The notes under the pieces are model-generated. The model was not told the DNA's origin, did no database searches, and saw only the letters and a program-made list of their open reading frames with translations. From Bacteroides sp. (GTDB lineage: Bacteria; Bacteroidota; Bacteroidia; Bacteroidales; Muribaculaceae), in NCBI GenBank assembly GCA_014802425.1, contig JAAVCH010000003.1, forward strand, positions 22,372 to 86,371: DNA of 64,000 bases, in the 5' to 3' direction. The position numbers were made by a program, and so were the translations under genes. Positions 1 to 10,708 of this stretch are shown one piece after another (the first letter of the stretch is position 1; each line of letters starts with the position of its first letter).

Positions 1-74
1 GAGGAGGGACGGCAGTTCCTTAATATCTACCGTTCCGGTCTGTATGGAATAACCTATCTTGAAGAGCGAAACTG

Positions 75-827
75 ATGAGGTACTTCCTTCGTCTTGCATA
101 TGACGGAATGCCCTTCCATGGCTGGCAGCGTCAGCCTAACGCAGAAAGTGTACAGCAGACTGTCGAGGATGCCCTCTCGTTGATATTACGCAGTGAAATT
201 CCCATAGTCGGGGCCGGACGTACTGACACAGGTGTGAATGCCCGGATGATGTATGCCCATTTCGATGTGGACGAGGAAATCCCAGACTACGGAAGGTTGT
301 TGTCGTCGTTGAATCGTATTGTGGGGCCGGCTATCTCCATTCAGGAGATAGTACGGGTCCATGATGACGCCCATGCGAGATTCGACGCCACGGAGAGAAC
401 CTACAAGTACTTCGTGACATACGAGAAAACACCGTTTCTTAAAAACACATCATGGCACTCCCCTTCCCGGCTCGATATCGGACTGATGAACGAGGCGGCG
501 GCCATGCTACTTACGACGCGGGATTTCACCTCCTTTGCGAAACTTCATTCAGACTCAAAGACAAACATATGTGACTTACGCCATGCGCGCTGGGATTCCT
601 ATCAAAATGAATATGGTGTGCCGGGTATCGTTTTCACGATAGTGGCCGATAGGTTTCTGAGGAATATGGTGCGTGCGGTGGTAGGCACCCTTGTCGATGT
701 CGGCAGGGGAAAAATGACTCCTGAAGATATGGGACGTGTAATCGCTGCCCGCGACAGATGTGCCGCCGGTACCTCCATGCCTCCTCAGGCACTGTTCCTA
801 TGGGATATAAAATATCCCTATCTGTGA
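75..827 (+). CDS. truA: tRNA pseudouridine(38-40) synthase
   Basis: YDGxxFHGWQxQ N-terminus, GAGRTDTGV catalytic Asp motif, FLRNMVR motif. Confidence 0.96.
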   Translation: MRYFLRLAYDGMPFHGWQRQPNAESVQQTVEDALSLILRSEIPIVGAGRTDTGVNARMMYAHFDVDEEIPDYGRLLSSLNRIVGPAISIQEIVRVHDDAHARFDATERTYKYFVTYEKTPFLKNTSWHSPSRLDIGLMNEAAAMLLTTRDFTSFAKLHSDSKTNICDLRHARWDSYQNEYGVPGIVFTIVADRFLRNMVRAVVGTLVDVGRGKMTPEDMGRVIAARDRCAAGTSMPPQALFLWDIKYPYL

Positions 828-880
828 ACTTTGATTCCGTATATGAAAACACCCTGCCGGGGACCTTTATACCAGACATT

Positions 881-2899
881 ATGACACAAGAAGAGGCTGC
901 CAAACGCATTGAGGAGCTACGTTCTGACCTCAATAGGCATAACCATAACTACTATGTCCTGAATCAGCCGGAAATATCCGACTACGATTTTGACCATATG
1001 ATGAAGGAACTTGAAGCGCTTGAGCAAAAGTTTCCTGAATTTCATGACCCACTCTCCCCTACCAGGCGGGTGGGAAGTGATCTGACGAAGAATTTCGAGC
1101 ACGTGGTGCATGATACGCCGATGATGTCTCTTGCCAACACCTATTCTGTCGAAGAGGTCGACGATTGGTTCGAACGTGTGCGCAAAACCTTGGGGGGAGA
1201 GGCTTTTGATGTCGTTGGCGAGCTTAAATTCGACGGCACATCCATTTCCATCACCTACCGTAATGGAGAGCTGATACGTGCCGTGACACGAGGTGACGGC
1301 ACTCAGGGCGACGATGTCACGGCAAATGTCAAGACCATCCGCTCTATCCCACTCCGGCTTCTTCCGGGCGACTGGCCCGAGGAATTTGAGATTCGAGGTG
1401 AAATCCTTATGCCCTGGGATGTGTTTGAGAAACTGAATGCGGAGAGAGCGTATAATGAGGAACCGTTGTTTGCTAATCCACGCAACGCGGCTTCCGGCAC
1501 TCTTAAGATGCAGGATCCGCGTATCGTGGCGGCGCGCCATCTCGATGCAAGGTTCTATTATATCCTTTCCGACAATCTCCCTTACGACAATCACTATGAC
1601 AATCTTGAAGCGGCCCGCAGGTGGGGTTTCAAGGTGTCGGGCCATATGAAGCTTCTCCATTCGTTGCAGGAGGTCGACAGCTATATCGGTTTCTGGGATA
1701 CAGAGCGTAAGAAACTGCCCGTGGCCACGGACGGTCTGGTGTTCAAGGTCAACTCCTTGCGCCAACAGCTTAATCTCGGATATACGGCCAAATCCCCGCG
1801 ATGGGCCACTTCTTTCAAATTCAATCCTGAACGGGCCTGTACACGCCTTAGGTTCGTGTCTTTCGAGACCGGACGCATGGGCATCGTGACACCGGTGGCC
1901 AATCTTGAGCCGGTCCTCCTGTCGGGCACGGTAGTGAAGCGTGCGTCCCTGCACAATGATGATATCATTCAGGAACTCGACATACATCAAGGTGACTGGC
2001 TCTATGTGGAAAAAGGGGGTGAAATCATTCCGAAAATTACCGGTGTCGATAAGGAACGCCGGGAAGCTGGAGCCGAACGAATCAAGTTTGTCACCGCATG
2101 TCCGGAATGCGGCACTCCCCTTCGCCGGATTTACGGAGAGGCTGCATGGTGTTGTCCGAACCATTACGGATGCCGTCCGCAGCTTACCGGCAAAATCGAG
2201 CATTTCTGTGCCCGGCGCATGATGAATATCGACGGTATAGGAGAGGAAACGGCTACGCTGCTTTTCGATTCCGGAATGGTGGAGAAGATTGCGGACCTAT
2301 ATGACTTGACGGTCGAGAAACTCTCCTCCCTTGAACGTATCGGCGAGAAAAGCGCCAAAAGAATACTCGACGGAATCGATGCCTCTAAGCATGTGCCGTT
2401 CGAACGTGTGGTTTACGCCCTTTCGATTCCAAATGTCGGAGAGACTACTGCGAAGCGGCTTGCCATGGCCGTTAAGAGTATGGCCAACATGATGCAGATG
2501 AGCGTAGATCAGCTGACGGCTATCGAGGACATCGGTCCGGTGATAGGAAAGAACATCTATGACTTCCTGCGTGACCCGATAAATGTGGAAAACATCGACC
2601 GCCTCGCTGCGGCCGGTGTACAGATGGAAATTTCGGAAGATCTGGCATCGCCGGCGGGAGACGGACTCGCCGGCAAGACAATCGTGATTTCGGGCACTTT
2701 TACCCGCCATTCAAGAGACGAGTACAAGACACTCATCGAACGCCATGGAGGAAAGAATGCCGGCAGCATATCGAAAAAGACAAGCTTCGTACTTGCCGGA
2801 GATAATATGGGTCCGGCCAAGTTTGAGAAGTGCCGGTCTTTGGGCATTCCGCTCGTTGACGAGAATGAATTTCTCAAGATGATTGGTGAGGACGACTGA
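881..2899 (+). CDS. ligA: NAD-dependent DNA ligase
   Basis: ELKFDG adenylation motif, [13 protein letters not shown], Cys4 zinc finger, C-terminal BRCT; start taken at MTQEEAA (881). Confidence 0.97.
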   Translation: MTQEEAAKRIEELRSDLNRHNHNYYVLNQPEISDYDFDHMMKELEALEQKFPEFHDPLSPTRRVGSDLTKNFEHVVHDTPMMSLANTYSVEEVDDWFERVRKTLGGEAFDVVGELKFDGTSISITYRNGELIRAVTRGDGTQGDDVTANVKTIRSIPLRLLPGDWPEEFEIRGEILMPWDVFEKLNAERAYNEEPLFANPRNAASGTLKMQDPRIVAARHLDARFYYILSDNLPYDNHYDNLEAARRWGFKVSGHMKLLHSLQEVDSYIGFWDTERKKLPVATDGLVFKVNSLRQQLNLGYTAKSPRWATSFKFNPERACTRLRFVSFETGRMGIVTPVANLEPVLLSGTVVKRASLHNDDIIQELDIHQGDWLYVEKGGEIIPKITGVDKERREAGAERIKFVTACPECGTPLRRIYGEAAWCCPNHYGCRPQLTGKIEHFCARRMMNIDGIGEETATLLFDSGMVEKIADLYDLTVEKLSSLERIGEKSAKRILDGIDASKHVPFERVVYALSIPNVGETTAKRLAMAVKSMANMMQMSVDQLTAIEDIGPVIGKNIYDFLRDPINVENIDRLAAAGVQMEISEDLASPAGDGLAGKTIVISGTFTRHSRDEYKTLIERHGGKNAGSISKKTSFVLAGDNMGPAKFEKCRSLGIPLVDENEFLKMIGEDD

Positions 2900-2928
2900 A
2901 AAAATCCGATTCTCACAGATGCGCCGCA

Positions 2929-2980
2929 AATACAAAACATCGCCGAAGCCTTGAAGAGGGCTCCGGCGATGTTTTGTATT
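2929..2980. terminator. Bidirectional intrinsic terminator between convergent ligA and rpe
   Basis: AATACAAAACATCGCCG...CGGCGATGTTTTGTATT inverted repeat with A and T tracts. Confidence 0.8.
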
Positions 2981-3000
2981 TCATGTCTGCGGCAGTGGTC

Positions 3001-3645
3001 TTACAGTATTTTAAGGGAGTGGATGGCTGCTTCAGGATCAGCAGCACCGAAGACGTAGCTTCCGGCTACAAGGATGTCTGCTCCTGCTTCTGCAAGAAGG
3101 GCACCCGTCTTTGCATTAACTCCACCGTCGACATTGATTTTCGCTTTGGAACCGCTTTCATCAATCATTTTGCGGAGCCGGCTTACTTTGCCGACAACGT
3201 TCTCAATAAAAGGCTGTCCTCCGAATCCGGGATTGACCGACATGAGGAGAACCTGGTCGAGGTCCCCGATGATGTCTTCAAGAGTGCAGAGCGGCGTGGC
3301 AGGACAAAGTGAGATGCCCGCTTTCATCCCTGCGGCATGAATTGCCTGTACCGTGCGGTGAAGATGGACGCAGGCTTCCTGATGGAATACCATATATTCG
3401 GCACCCAGGTCCCTGACCTGGGAAATCCAGTTCTGCGGCTCCACAATCATCAAATGCACGTCAAGTGGCTTTTTACAGATTCTGGCCACATCCTTCATCA
3501 CCGGAAATCCAAAAGAGATGTTGGGAACGAATACTCCGTCCATCACGTCGAGATGGAGGAGGTCGCACTCCGAACGATTGATCATTTCGAGATCCGGGGT
3601 GAGATTGGCGAAATTGGCCGAAAGAAGAGAAGGTGAAACTTCCAT
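3001..3645 (-). CDS. rpe: Ribulose-phosphate 3-epimerase
   Basis: SPSLLSANF, HLDVMDGVFVPN, MSVNPGFGGQ, VDGGVN motifs. Confidence 0.96.
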   Translation of the reverse strand: MEVSPSLLSANFANLTPDLEMINRSECDLLHLDVMDGVFVPNISFGFPVMKDVARICKKPLDVHLMIVEPQNWISQVRDLGAEYMVFHQEACVHLHRTVQAIHAAGMKAGISLCPATPLCTLEDIIGDLDQVLLMSVNPGFGGQPFIENVVGKVSRLRKMIDESGSKAKINVDGGVNAKTGALLAEAGADILVAGSYVFGAADPEAAIHSLKIL

Positions 3646-3680
3646 GATGATAGATTTTTGGATTTTATATATTCGACATT

Positions 3681-4403
3681 TCAGGACTGCGAATCCTTAT
3701 ACCCTGTACGGCGGGGCTTAAATGCATTCCACAGTATGTAACCGAGGCATATCAGGGCAAGGGCATAACCTGCGTATGTGAGGTAGCGGTTGTATTCCTC
3801 CACTTTATCAAATAAAAGTTCGGGCTCCACGTTTCTGGCAAGTATATATCCCAGAAGCGTAAGGATGGCATTCCATACAAGCGCCCCCAAAGATGTGAAT
3901 ATGGCGAAGGTGCCGACATTCATCTTCGAGATTCCGGCAGGGATTGAGATAAGCTGTCGGATTGCCGGTATCAGGCGTCCGATGAAGGTTGAGGCCGCTC
4001 CATGCCTGTCGAAGTATTCCTCCGCTTTGACCACCTTTTCACGGTCAATAAGGCAGGCATGGCCAAAACGTGAGTCCGCGAACCGGTATACGACCGGTCG
4101 GCCGATCCAAAGGGCGATGTAATAATTGATAAAGGCACCGACAAGGGCACCGAGGGTGGCAACCACCGTCACCATAACGACATTCATGTCGGCCCCGGCC
4201 CCGACATTCCTTACCGCGAGGTAGGCTGCCGGAGGCACTATGACTTCACTTGGAAAAGGAATGAACGAGCTCTCGATCACCATGAAGATGAACACAAACC
4301 AATAGTTGGCATTCTCCACAAACCAATTAAAGAACTGAGAGGCGTCAAACAACGCCAATGGTATCATGTCTAACATATTCGGATTATATGGTTCAGATGT
4401 CAA
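3681..4403 (-). CDS. DedA family membrane protein
   Basis: ESSFIPFPSEVIVPPA and GRLIPAIRQLISIPAG motifs; start uncertain. Confidence 0.9.
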   Translation of the reverse strand: MTSEPYNPNMLDMIPLALFDASQFFNWFVENANYWFVFIFMVIESSFIPFPSEVIVPPAAYLAVRNVGAGADMNVVMVTVVATLGALVGAFINYYIALWIGRPVVYRFADSRFGHACLIDREKVVKAEEYFDRHGAASTFIGRLIPAIRQLISIPAGISKMNVGTFAIFTSLGALVWNAILTLLGYILARNVEPELLFDKVEEYNRYLTYAGYALALICLGYILWNAFKPRRTGYKDSQS

Positions 4404-5010
4404 GAGCGTGGATCATGTTGCCGTAGATTTCAGCTTTCTTTACGAGGGGAAGAGGATATGCCCTTGACGACGACGGCATGCGCCAGTGCTGGATTTCACG
4501 TTTGCGTCCGGACGCGTCAGTGATGCAGCATACGCGGTACTCCCCCATTTTGGGGATGTCAGTTCCGGTCATTTCAGCTATCACTCCGGCCGCTTTCTCA
4601 CCTGTGGTGGCTACTGCCTTGCACTCCGGGATTTCCGCAAGAATCGCCGGGAGGTCGATCTGGCGTTTTATATCGAGAAATTTATCGGAAGCGTTTCCGG
4701 CTGTGCGCACCACTTCCCTTCCTGTGTCGCTGAGTGCTATCCCATGCTTCGCAAGGCATTCCTTGAGCAGGTCTACCTTAAAGGTCTTGCCTGGAATATC
4801 CACGAAATAATCCTTGTCGTTGAAATAGATCAGGCCGAAAATACGCCACATGTCATTGATGAAATTCGGATAATAGAAATTCATGCTCCAGCGGTGACGC
4901 TGCGGCGGAAAAGTCCCGCACATCAGCAGTTTCGCTCCTTGTGGAAGAAACGGACGAAGGGGATGGGATTCGGATGACGGATTCTGGTCTGCAGGCGATA
5001 GGCTGTCCAT
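4393..5010 (-). CDS. Uracil-DNA glycosylase superfamily protein (Mug-like)
   Basis: HPL..F, GTFPP, FYYPN..NDMWRI, MPSSSRA motifs. Confidence 0.8.
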   Translation of the reverse strand: MDSLSPADQNPSSESHPLRPFLPQGAKLLMCGTFPPQRHRWSMNFYYPNFINDMWRIFGLIYFNDKDYFVDIPGKTFKVDLLKECLAKHGIALSDTGREVVRTAGNASDKFLDIKRQIDLPAILAEIPECKAVATTGEKAAGVIAEMTGTDIPKMGEYRVCCITDASGRKREIQHWRMPSSSRAYPLPLVKKAEIYGNMIHALDI

Positions 5011-5013
5011 AAA

Positions 5014-6207
5014 TCATTGCTTAAGGTGAGACACAAATGTTTTTATCAATTCGGCGGCCTCATCTTCATTCTGGGAGTTGAGGGAATACTGCATTTTTAC
5101 GCATCCGAGGTCCTGGACAGGCATTGTGTTCATGGCCTCCTCAAGCTTCTTGGCCGCTGCCGGCGCCCAGGCATTGTTGCCGAAGCAGGCCACAACTTTA
5201 TTCTTCATCTCCCTGAGCTCCATCGCGCGCATGAATTCCGCCACGGGAGGGAAGACATCGTTGGAATAGGTCGGCGAACCCACGATAAGGCCTTCATAAC
5301 GGAATGCATCGGAAATCATCTGACTCATTGAAGCGTTGGCGGCATTATGGACATGAATATTCTTTACTCCGTGGCGGTTCAGTTCAGAAGCTATGAACTC
5401 CGCCATATCAGCTGTATTGCCGTACATGGATCCATAGATGATTGTCACGCCTTTCTCGGATTCGTAACGGGCCAGACGTGATGTGATGTCGATCACTTTC
5501 TCTTTCATGGCATGCCATACAGGTCCATGAGTCGAGCATATATAGTCGAATTCTATTCCGGAGAGCTTCTTAAGGGCGTTTTCCACCGACCTGCCGTATT
5601 TACCCACTATGTTGGAGTAATAGCGGTACATCTCTTCGATATAGGGTCCGCACTCCATGTCATCGTCGACGAGTCCGCCGTTTAGGGCTCCGAATGTGCC
5701 GAAAGCGTCACCGGAAAACACCATACGCTCCTCCTGACAGTAAGTCATCATGGTCTCCGGCCAGTGTACCATCGGTGTGAGATAGAATCTCAAGGTCCTG
5801 TCACCTAATGACACTTCCTCCCCGTCCTTGATTACGATAAACCTGTCCTCATCGTCGATATGGTAGAATCCCCTGATCATCTGAAGCGTCGTACGGTTGC
5901 CGATGATCTTAATCTCCGGGAAAGCGGCGATGACGGCCGAGATGCCTCCTGAATGATCGGGTTCCATATGGTTGATGACGAGATAGTCGATTTTCTCCAC
6001 GCCTGCCTCCTCACGAAGGGTCTGGAGAAAATTGCGGGAATGTCCCAGCTCGACAGTGTCGATCAATGCTGTTTTTTCAGAGCCGCACACAAGATAGGAG
6101 TTGTAGCTGACTCCATTGGGAATGGGCCAAAGACTTTCGAACTTCTCTGTGGAGCGATCGTTGACTCCTACATAGCTTACATAATTAGAAATCTTTCTAA
6201 CTCTCAT
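5014..6207 (-). CDS. fprA: Flavodiiron (FprA-type) flavoprotein
   Basis: NHMEPDHSG di-iron motif, VHWPETM, flavodoxin YGSMYGNT. Confidence 0.92.
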   Translation of the reverse strand: MRVRKISNYVSYVGVNDRSTEKFESLWPIPNGVSYNSYLVCGSEKTALIDTVELGHSRNFLQTLREEAGVEKIDYLVINHMEPDHSGGISAVIAAFPEIKIIGNRTTLQMIRGFYHIDDEDRFIVIKDGEEVSLGDRTLRFYLTPMVHWPETMMTYCQEERMVFSGDAFGTFGALNGGLVDDDMECGPYIEEMYRYYSNIVGKYGRSVENALKKLSGIEFDYICSTHGPVWHAMKEKVIDITSRLARYESEKGVTIIYGSMYGNTADMAEFIASELNRHGVKNIHVHNAANASMSQMISDAFRYEGLIVGSPTYSNDVFPPVAEFMRAMELREMKNKVVACFGNNAWAPAAAKKLEEAMNTMPVQDLGCVKMQYSLNSQNEDEAAELIKTFVSHLKQ

Positions 6208-6423
6208 TGTTATAGCTTGTTGCCTTATTTGTCAGATGTCTTTGCAGAAAATCTGACGGTGGTTACATGTTACTCTTTGTTAAAACAACGCCTGTGGGCC
6301 TCATTTTTCTTTGCAAAGTTAATCAAATGCGTCGGTTATGTTGTAATTTTGCAGAGTCATTTTTTGTCTTCCTCTAAAGCGGCTCTTTTGGGCTATGATG
6401 AAGACACGATATCCAAACTGTCT

Positions 6424-7347
6424 ATGAAATACTATTTTGCTCCTGTGCAGGGGCACACGGATGCCGCCTATCGTTATTTCCATGCCAGAAATTATGGCGG
6501 AGAGGCGGTCTATACAACTCCCTTCATACGCCTTGAGAAAGGTGAATTGCGTAAGAAAGATTATAAAGATGCACTGAGTGTCCTGAACGGGGAAATCGAT
6601 GTAGTGCCTCAGGTGATTTTCAAGAATGGCGAGGAGCTGCGTACCCTTGTGGCGCTTCTTGCAGATGAAGGCCTGCAACGCGTTGACCTGAACATGGGGT
6701 GTCCGTTCCCCCTGCAGACCTCCCGGGGAAGAGGGGCTGCCTCCATAGCCTCCGCCGACTGTATCGAGAGTGTGCGTGACGTGGTGGTCAATAATCCTGA
6801 GATCGGTTTCAGCGTTAAGATGCGTCTTGGATTTCAGGAACAGGAGTGGAAACCTTTGCTTGAAGTATTGAATGAATTGAGGCTTGACCATATCGCCGTT
6901 CATCCGCGTCTTGCAAAAGACCAGTATGGCGGAAGTGTGGATATGGACGCATTTCGTGAAATATATGAAAGTTCGAAGAATAGCGTTGTATATAATGGGG
7001 ATCTCCTTACTCCGGAGGATATAGCACGTGTGAGTGAGGAGTTCCCGGAATTGGGAGGCATCATGGTCGGCCGTGGTGTATTGGGCCGGCCTTCCCTTAT
7101 TGCCGAGGCAATCTCGGGAGAGGCAATGCCACACGATGAACGGATAAGGAGAATGCTTCGTTTCCATAAAGAGCTGATGGAGCATTACCGTGAGACCCTC
7201 GTCGGAGGCGACCATCAGGTCCTTGCGAAGATTCAGCCCTTTTGGGAATACTCTGAGTCTGAAATCGGTCGTAAGGCCTGGAAGGCAATCAGGAAAGCCT
7301 CCAGCATCGCCAAATATCAGACAGCCCTGGCTCTCATAGAAGGGTGA
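6424..7347 (+). CDS. tRNA-dihydrouridine synthase family protein
   Basis: FAP, DLNMGCP, SVKMRLG, VHPR, YNGDL, GIMVGRG motifs; start at MKYYFAP (6424). Confidence 0.9.
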   Translation: MKYYFAPVQGHTDAAYRYFHARNYGGEAVYTTPFIRLEKGELRKKDYKDALSVLNGEIDVVPQVIFKNGEELRTLVALLADEGLQRVDLNMGCPFPLQTSRGRGAASIASADCIESVRDVVVNNPEIGFSVKMRLGFQEQEWKPLLEVLNELRLDHIAVHPRLAKDQYGGSVDMDAFREIYESSKNSVVYNGDLLTPEDIARVSEEFPELGGIMVGRGVLGRPSLIAEAISGEAMPHDERIRRMLRFHKELMEHYRETLVGGDHQVLAKIQPFWEYSESEIGRKAWKAIRKASSIAKYQTALALIEG

Positions 7348-7386
7348 GCCTAATGGGAGATAACCCCGTGACGGGAGAACTTAAAT

Positions 7387-10239
7387 ATGACAAAGGACAA
7401 TATTACAAATTTCAGTGCAGACTTACAGAAGCGCGGTGTCTCTAAATCCATAGATGTAAAGGGCGCGCGTGTCAATAATCTTAAGAATATCGACGTTGCT
7501 GTGCCTCTCAATGAGTTTACAGTCGTGACGGGTGTGTCCGGCTCGGGAAAGTCAAGCCTTGCCTTCGACACCCTTTACGCCGAGGGACAGCGCCGTTATG
7601 TGGAGTCGCTCTCAAGTTATGCCCGCCAGTTTCTCGGGCGTATGTCAAAACCTGAATGTGATTCCATAAAGGGCTTGCCGCCTGCGATAGCCATTGAACA
7701 GAAGGTCAACACTCGCAATCCCCGCTCCACTGTAGGAACGGCAACGGAAATCTATGACTATCTCCGGATGCTCTTTGCCCGTGTCGGCCACACATTCTCC
7801 CCGGTCAGTGGCCATGAGGTGAAGAAACACGGAATAGAGGATATCGTAAGGTATGCCCGTAGTTTCCCTACGGGTACCCGCCTGGCGATTCTCGTGCGTG
7901 TAAGCGTACCGGAGGGACGAACTCTCCAGGAGCAGCTTTCGGTCTACCTTAAGGAAGGCTTCTCGCGACTTGAAATCAACGGTGCGTTTGAGGATATTGA
8001 GGATTATCTGAAAGCGACCGTTGATTCAGCCGAAGTACCCGACATCAATCTGGTGATTGACCGCTTGAGTGTATCCGACGACAAGGATGAGATCTCACGC
8101 CTTACGGATTCTCTTGAGACCGCCATGTTCGAGGGGCGTAATGAGTGTATCGTAAAGGTATGGACTGATGACGGAGTCATATCCTCAGTCTTTTCCAATT
8201 CATTCTCGGCCGATGGCATGACCTTCCGTGAGCCTTCCGACCTTATGTTCAATTTCAATAATCCCTATGGGGCATGTCCGGAATGTGAAGGTTTCGGAAA
8301 AGTGCTCGGCATAAGTGAGGATCTGGTAATTCCGGATAAGACACTTTCGGTCTACGAGGGTGCCGTGCAGTGCTGGCGTGGCGATAAGATGTCGGAATGG
8401 AAAAACGAGCTTGTGCACCTCGCTCCCCATATCAGTTTTCCGATTCATACCCCCTACATGGATCTTACCAGTGAGCAAAAGGCTATCCTTTGGCACGGCA
8501 ATGGCAAATGGACGGGTATAGACGGCTTTTTCCGTTGGGTGGATGAGAACCAGTATAAGATACAGTACAGGGTGCTGAAGGCCCGTTATCGCGGTAAGAC
8601 GGAGTGTCCCGTATGTCATGGCAACAGACTCCGTCCCGATGTGGAGTATGTGAAAGTCGGCGGAAAGACCATTACCGAGATTGTCCGTATGTCGGTCAGC
8701 GATGTGCGCTCGTTCTTCAATGATCTTGTACTTTCAAAAGAGGATGAGATAATAGCCAAAAGGCTTCTTACGGAAATACGCAACAGAATCGGATTCCTGG
8801 AAGAGGTGGGACTTGGTTACCTTACACTCGACCGTCTATCATCCACTCTTAGCGGAGGAGAGAGTCAGCGTATAAATCTCGCCACCTCATTGGGATCGTC
8901 GCTTGTGGGTTCGCTGTACATACTTGACGAGCCTTCGATCGGACTTCATTCCCGCGACACACATCGCCTGATCGGCGTTTTAAGACGTCTTCAGGAGATA
9001 GGCAATACTGTAGTGGTGGTCGAGCATGACGAGGACATCATGCTCGCCTCAGACCATATCATAGATGTCGGTCCCGATGCCGGAAGTCACGGCGGAGAGA
9101 TAGTGTTTACCGGGAACCTTAAGGATGCCCTTGCTTCAGGAGTGGTCAATCCTTCGTACACTCTGGGTTATCTTCGGGGCCAACGAACGATTCCCTATGA
9201 CCGTATCCGGCATCCCTGGAAGAGATTCGTGCAGGTCGAAGGCGCGATGGCCAACAACCTTAAGAATATTGACGTAAAGTTTCCGCTTGGAATCATGACG
9301 GTCGTGACCGGAGTGAGCGGTTCCGGGAAATCCACACTTGTGAGGGACATTCTCTACAAAGCCATGGTCAGGGCGCTTGGTGAATCCGGGGATGCGCCGG
9401 GCGCACATAAGAAAATCTCCGGTGACGTGAAGGCTGTCGGTGCCGTAGAGTTCATTGACCAGAATCCCATAGGCACGTCATCCAGATCGAATCCTGCCAC
9501 TTATCTGAAGGCTTTTGATGCAATCAGAAAGCTGTTTTCAGAGCAGCAGCTGGCCCGGCAGATGGGCTTCACTCCAGGCTATTTCTCATTCAATTCCGAT
9601 GGCGGACGATGCGAGGAATGCAAGGGTGAGGGTACCGTGACGATTCCCATGCAGTTCATGGCCGACATAACAATTCCTTGTGAAGTATGTCACGGGAAGC
9701 GTTTCAAGCAGGAGCTCCTTGAAGTGGAGTACCGAGGAAAGAATATATATGACGTGCTTGAAATGACGGTCGATGAAGCATTGGCTTTTTTCTCGGAAGA
9801 CAACGACCCCGAGGCGGCACGCGTGGTGAAGCGGCTTATGCCGTTGCATGACGTAGGTCTCGGATATATCAAGCTGGGCCAGTCATCGTCCACTCTTTCT
9901 GGAGGTGAGAACCAGCGTGTGAAGCTCGCCTACTATCTTTCACAGGAAGCTCAGCCTCACACTATGTTTATATTTGACGAGCCCACCACGGGCCTTCATT
10001 TCCATGATATCTCGACCCTGATGAAATCACTGCGCCGGCTTGTGGATGCCGGTCATACGGTGATAATAATCGAGCATAATATGGATGTCATAAAGTGCGC
10101 GGACTGGGTGATCGACATTGGTCCGGAGGGTGGTGAGGCCGGAGGCGGGATTGTGGTCGAAGGTACTCCTGAGACCATAGCGGCCTGTGAGGGTTCATAC
10201 ACCGGACGCTATCTTAAGGATAAACTGGTAGCCTCTTAA
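7387..10239 (+). CDS. uvrA: Excinuclease ABC subunit A
   Basis: Two ABC domains (GVSGSGKS, LSGGE), Cys zinc fingers, YAEGQRRYVESLS. Confidence 0.97.
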   Translation: MTKDNITNFSADLQKRGVSKSIDVKGARVNNLKNIDVAVPLNEFTVVTGVSGSGKSSLAFDTLYAEGQRRYVESLSSYARQFLGRMSKPECDSIKGLPPAIAIEQKVNTRNPRSTVGTATEIYDYLRMLFARVGHTFSPVSGHEVKKHGIEDIVRYARSFPTGTRLAILVRVSVPEGRTLQEQLSVYLKEGFSRLEINGAFEDIEDYLKATVDSAEVPDINLVIDRLSVSDDKDEISRLTDSLETAMFEGRNECIVKVWTDDGVISSVFSNSFSADGMTFREPSDLMFNFNNPYGACPECEGFGKVLGISEDLVIPDKTLSVYEGAVQCWRGDKMSEWKNELVHLAPHISFPIHTPYMDLTSEQKAILWHGNGKWTGIDGFFRWVDENQYKIQYRVLKARYRGKTECPVCHGNRLRPDVEYVKVGGKTITEIVRMSVSDVRSFFNDLVLSKEDEIIAKRLLTEIRNRIGFLEEVGLGYLTLDRLSSTLSGGESQRINLATSLGSSLVGSLYILDEPSIGLHSRDTHRLIGVLRRLQEIGNTVVVVEHDEDIMLASDHIIDVGPDAGSHGGEIVFTGNLKDALASGVVNPSYTLGYLRGQRTIPYDRIRHPWKRFVQVEGAMANNLKNIDVKFPLGIMTVVTGVSGSGKSTLVRDILYKAMVRALGESGDAPGAHKKISGDVKAVGAVEFIDQNPIGTSSRSNPATYLKAFDAIRKLFSEQQLARQMGFTPGYFSFNSDGGRCEECKGEGTVTIPMQFMADITIPCEVCHGKRFKQELLEVEYRGKNIYDVLEMTVDEALAFFSEDNDPEAARVVKRLMPLHDVGLGYIKLGQSSSTLSGGENQRVKLAYYLSQEAQPHTMFIFDEPTTGLHFHDISTLMKSLRRLVDAGHTVIIIEHNMDVIKCADWVIDIGPEGGEAGGGIVVEGTPETIAACEGSYTGRYLKDKLVAS

Positions 10240-10279
10240 TCCAGGTGATAATAGTCCATTTAAGGTTAGAACAGAAATA

Positions 10280-10708
10280 ATGAAAGGAAAATATATTTTG
10301 ATGCTGTTGCTTGGCCTGGTTTTCGTGTCTTGCGCACGGGAGCAGGAGGAGCAGTCGCGAGAAGAGTCCATAAAGCTATACAGATCCATCAGCAGCCTTG
10401 CCGAGACATATATCGACAGTCTTGAAAACGCCAAGGATACCCTGGCTTTGAATTCTCTGATGGAGCGTTTTGAGAATCGCCTGGACGATATCAACTATGC
10501 TGTAATCCCGGATACTGACTATAGTCTGTCGGAGGATGAAAACGACACTATTTTCATGCTCCTGACGCAGGTTATGGCGGCACGTCGCACCCGTATGGAG
10601 GAATTGCTTTCACGGCGCTTACAGATTGTAGAGGATTCCCTGTCGCAGGACGATGACTCTCCTACTTCCGTGGATTCCATACCTCCATCTCGCATCGCCG
10701 GCAATTGA
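10280..10708 (+). CDS. Hypothetical lipoprotein
   Basis: Signal peptide ending FVSC (lipobox); 3' end overlaps convergent U32 gene. Confidence 0.65.
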   Translation: MKGKYILMLLLGLVFVSCAREQEEQSREESIKLYRSISSLAETYIDSLENAKDTLALNSLMERFENRLDDINYAVIPDTDYSLSEDENDTIFMLLTQVMAARRTRMEELLSRRLQIVEDSLSQDDDSPTSVDSIPPSRIAGN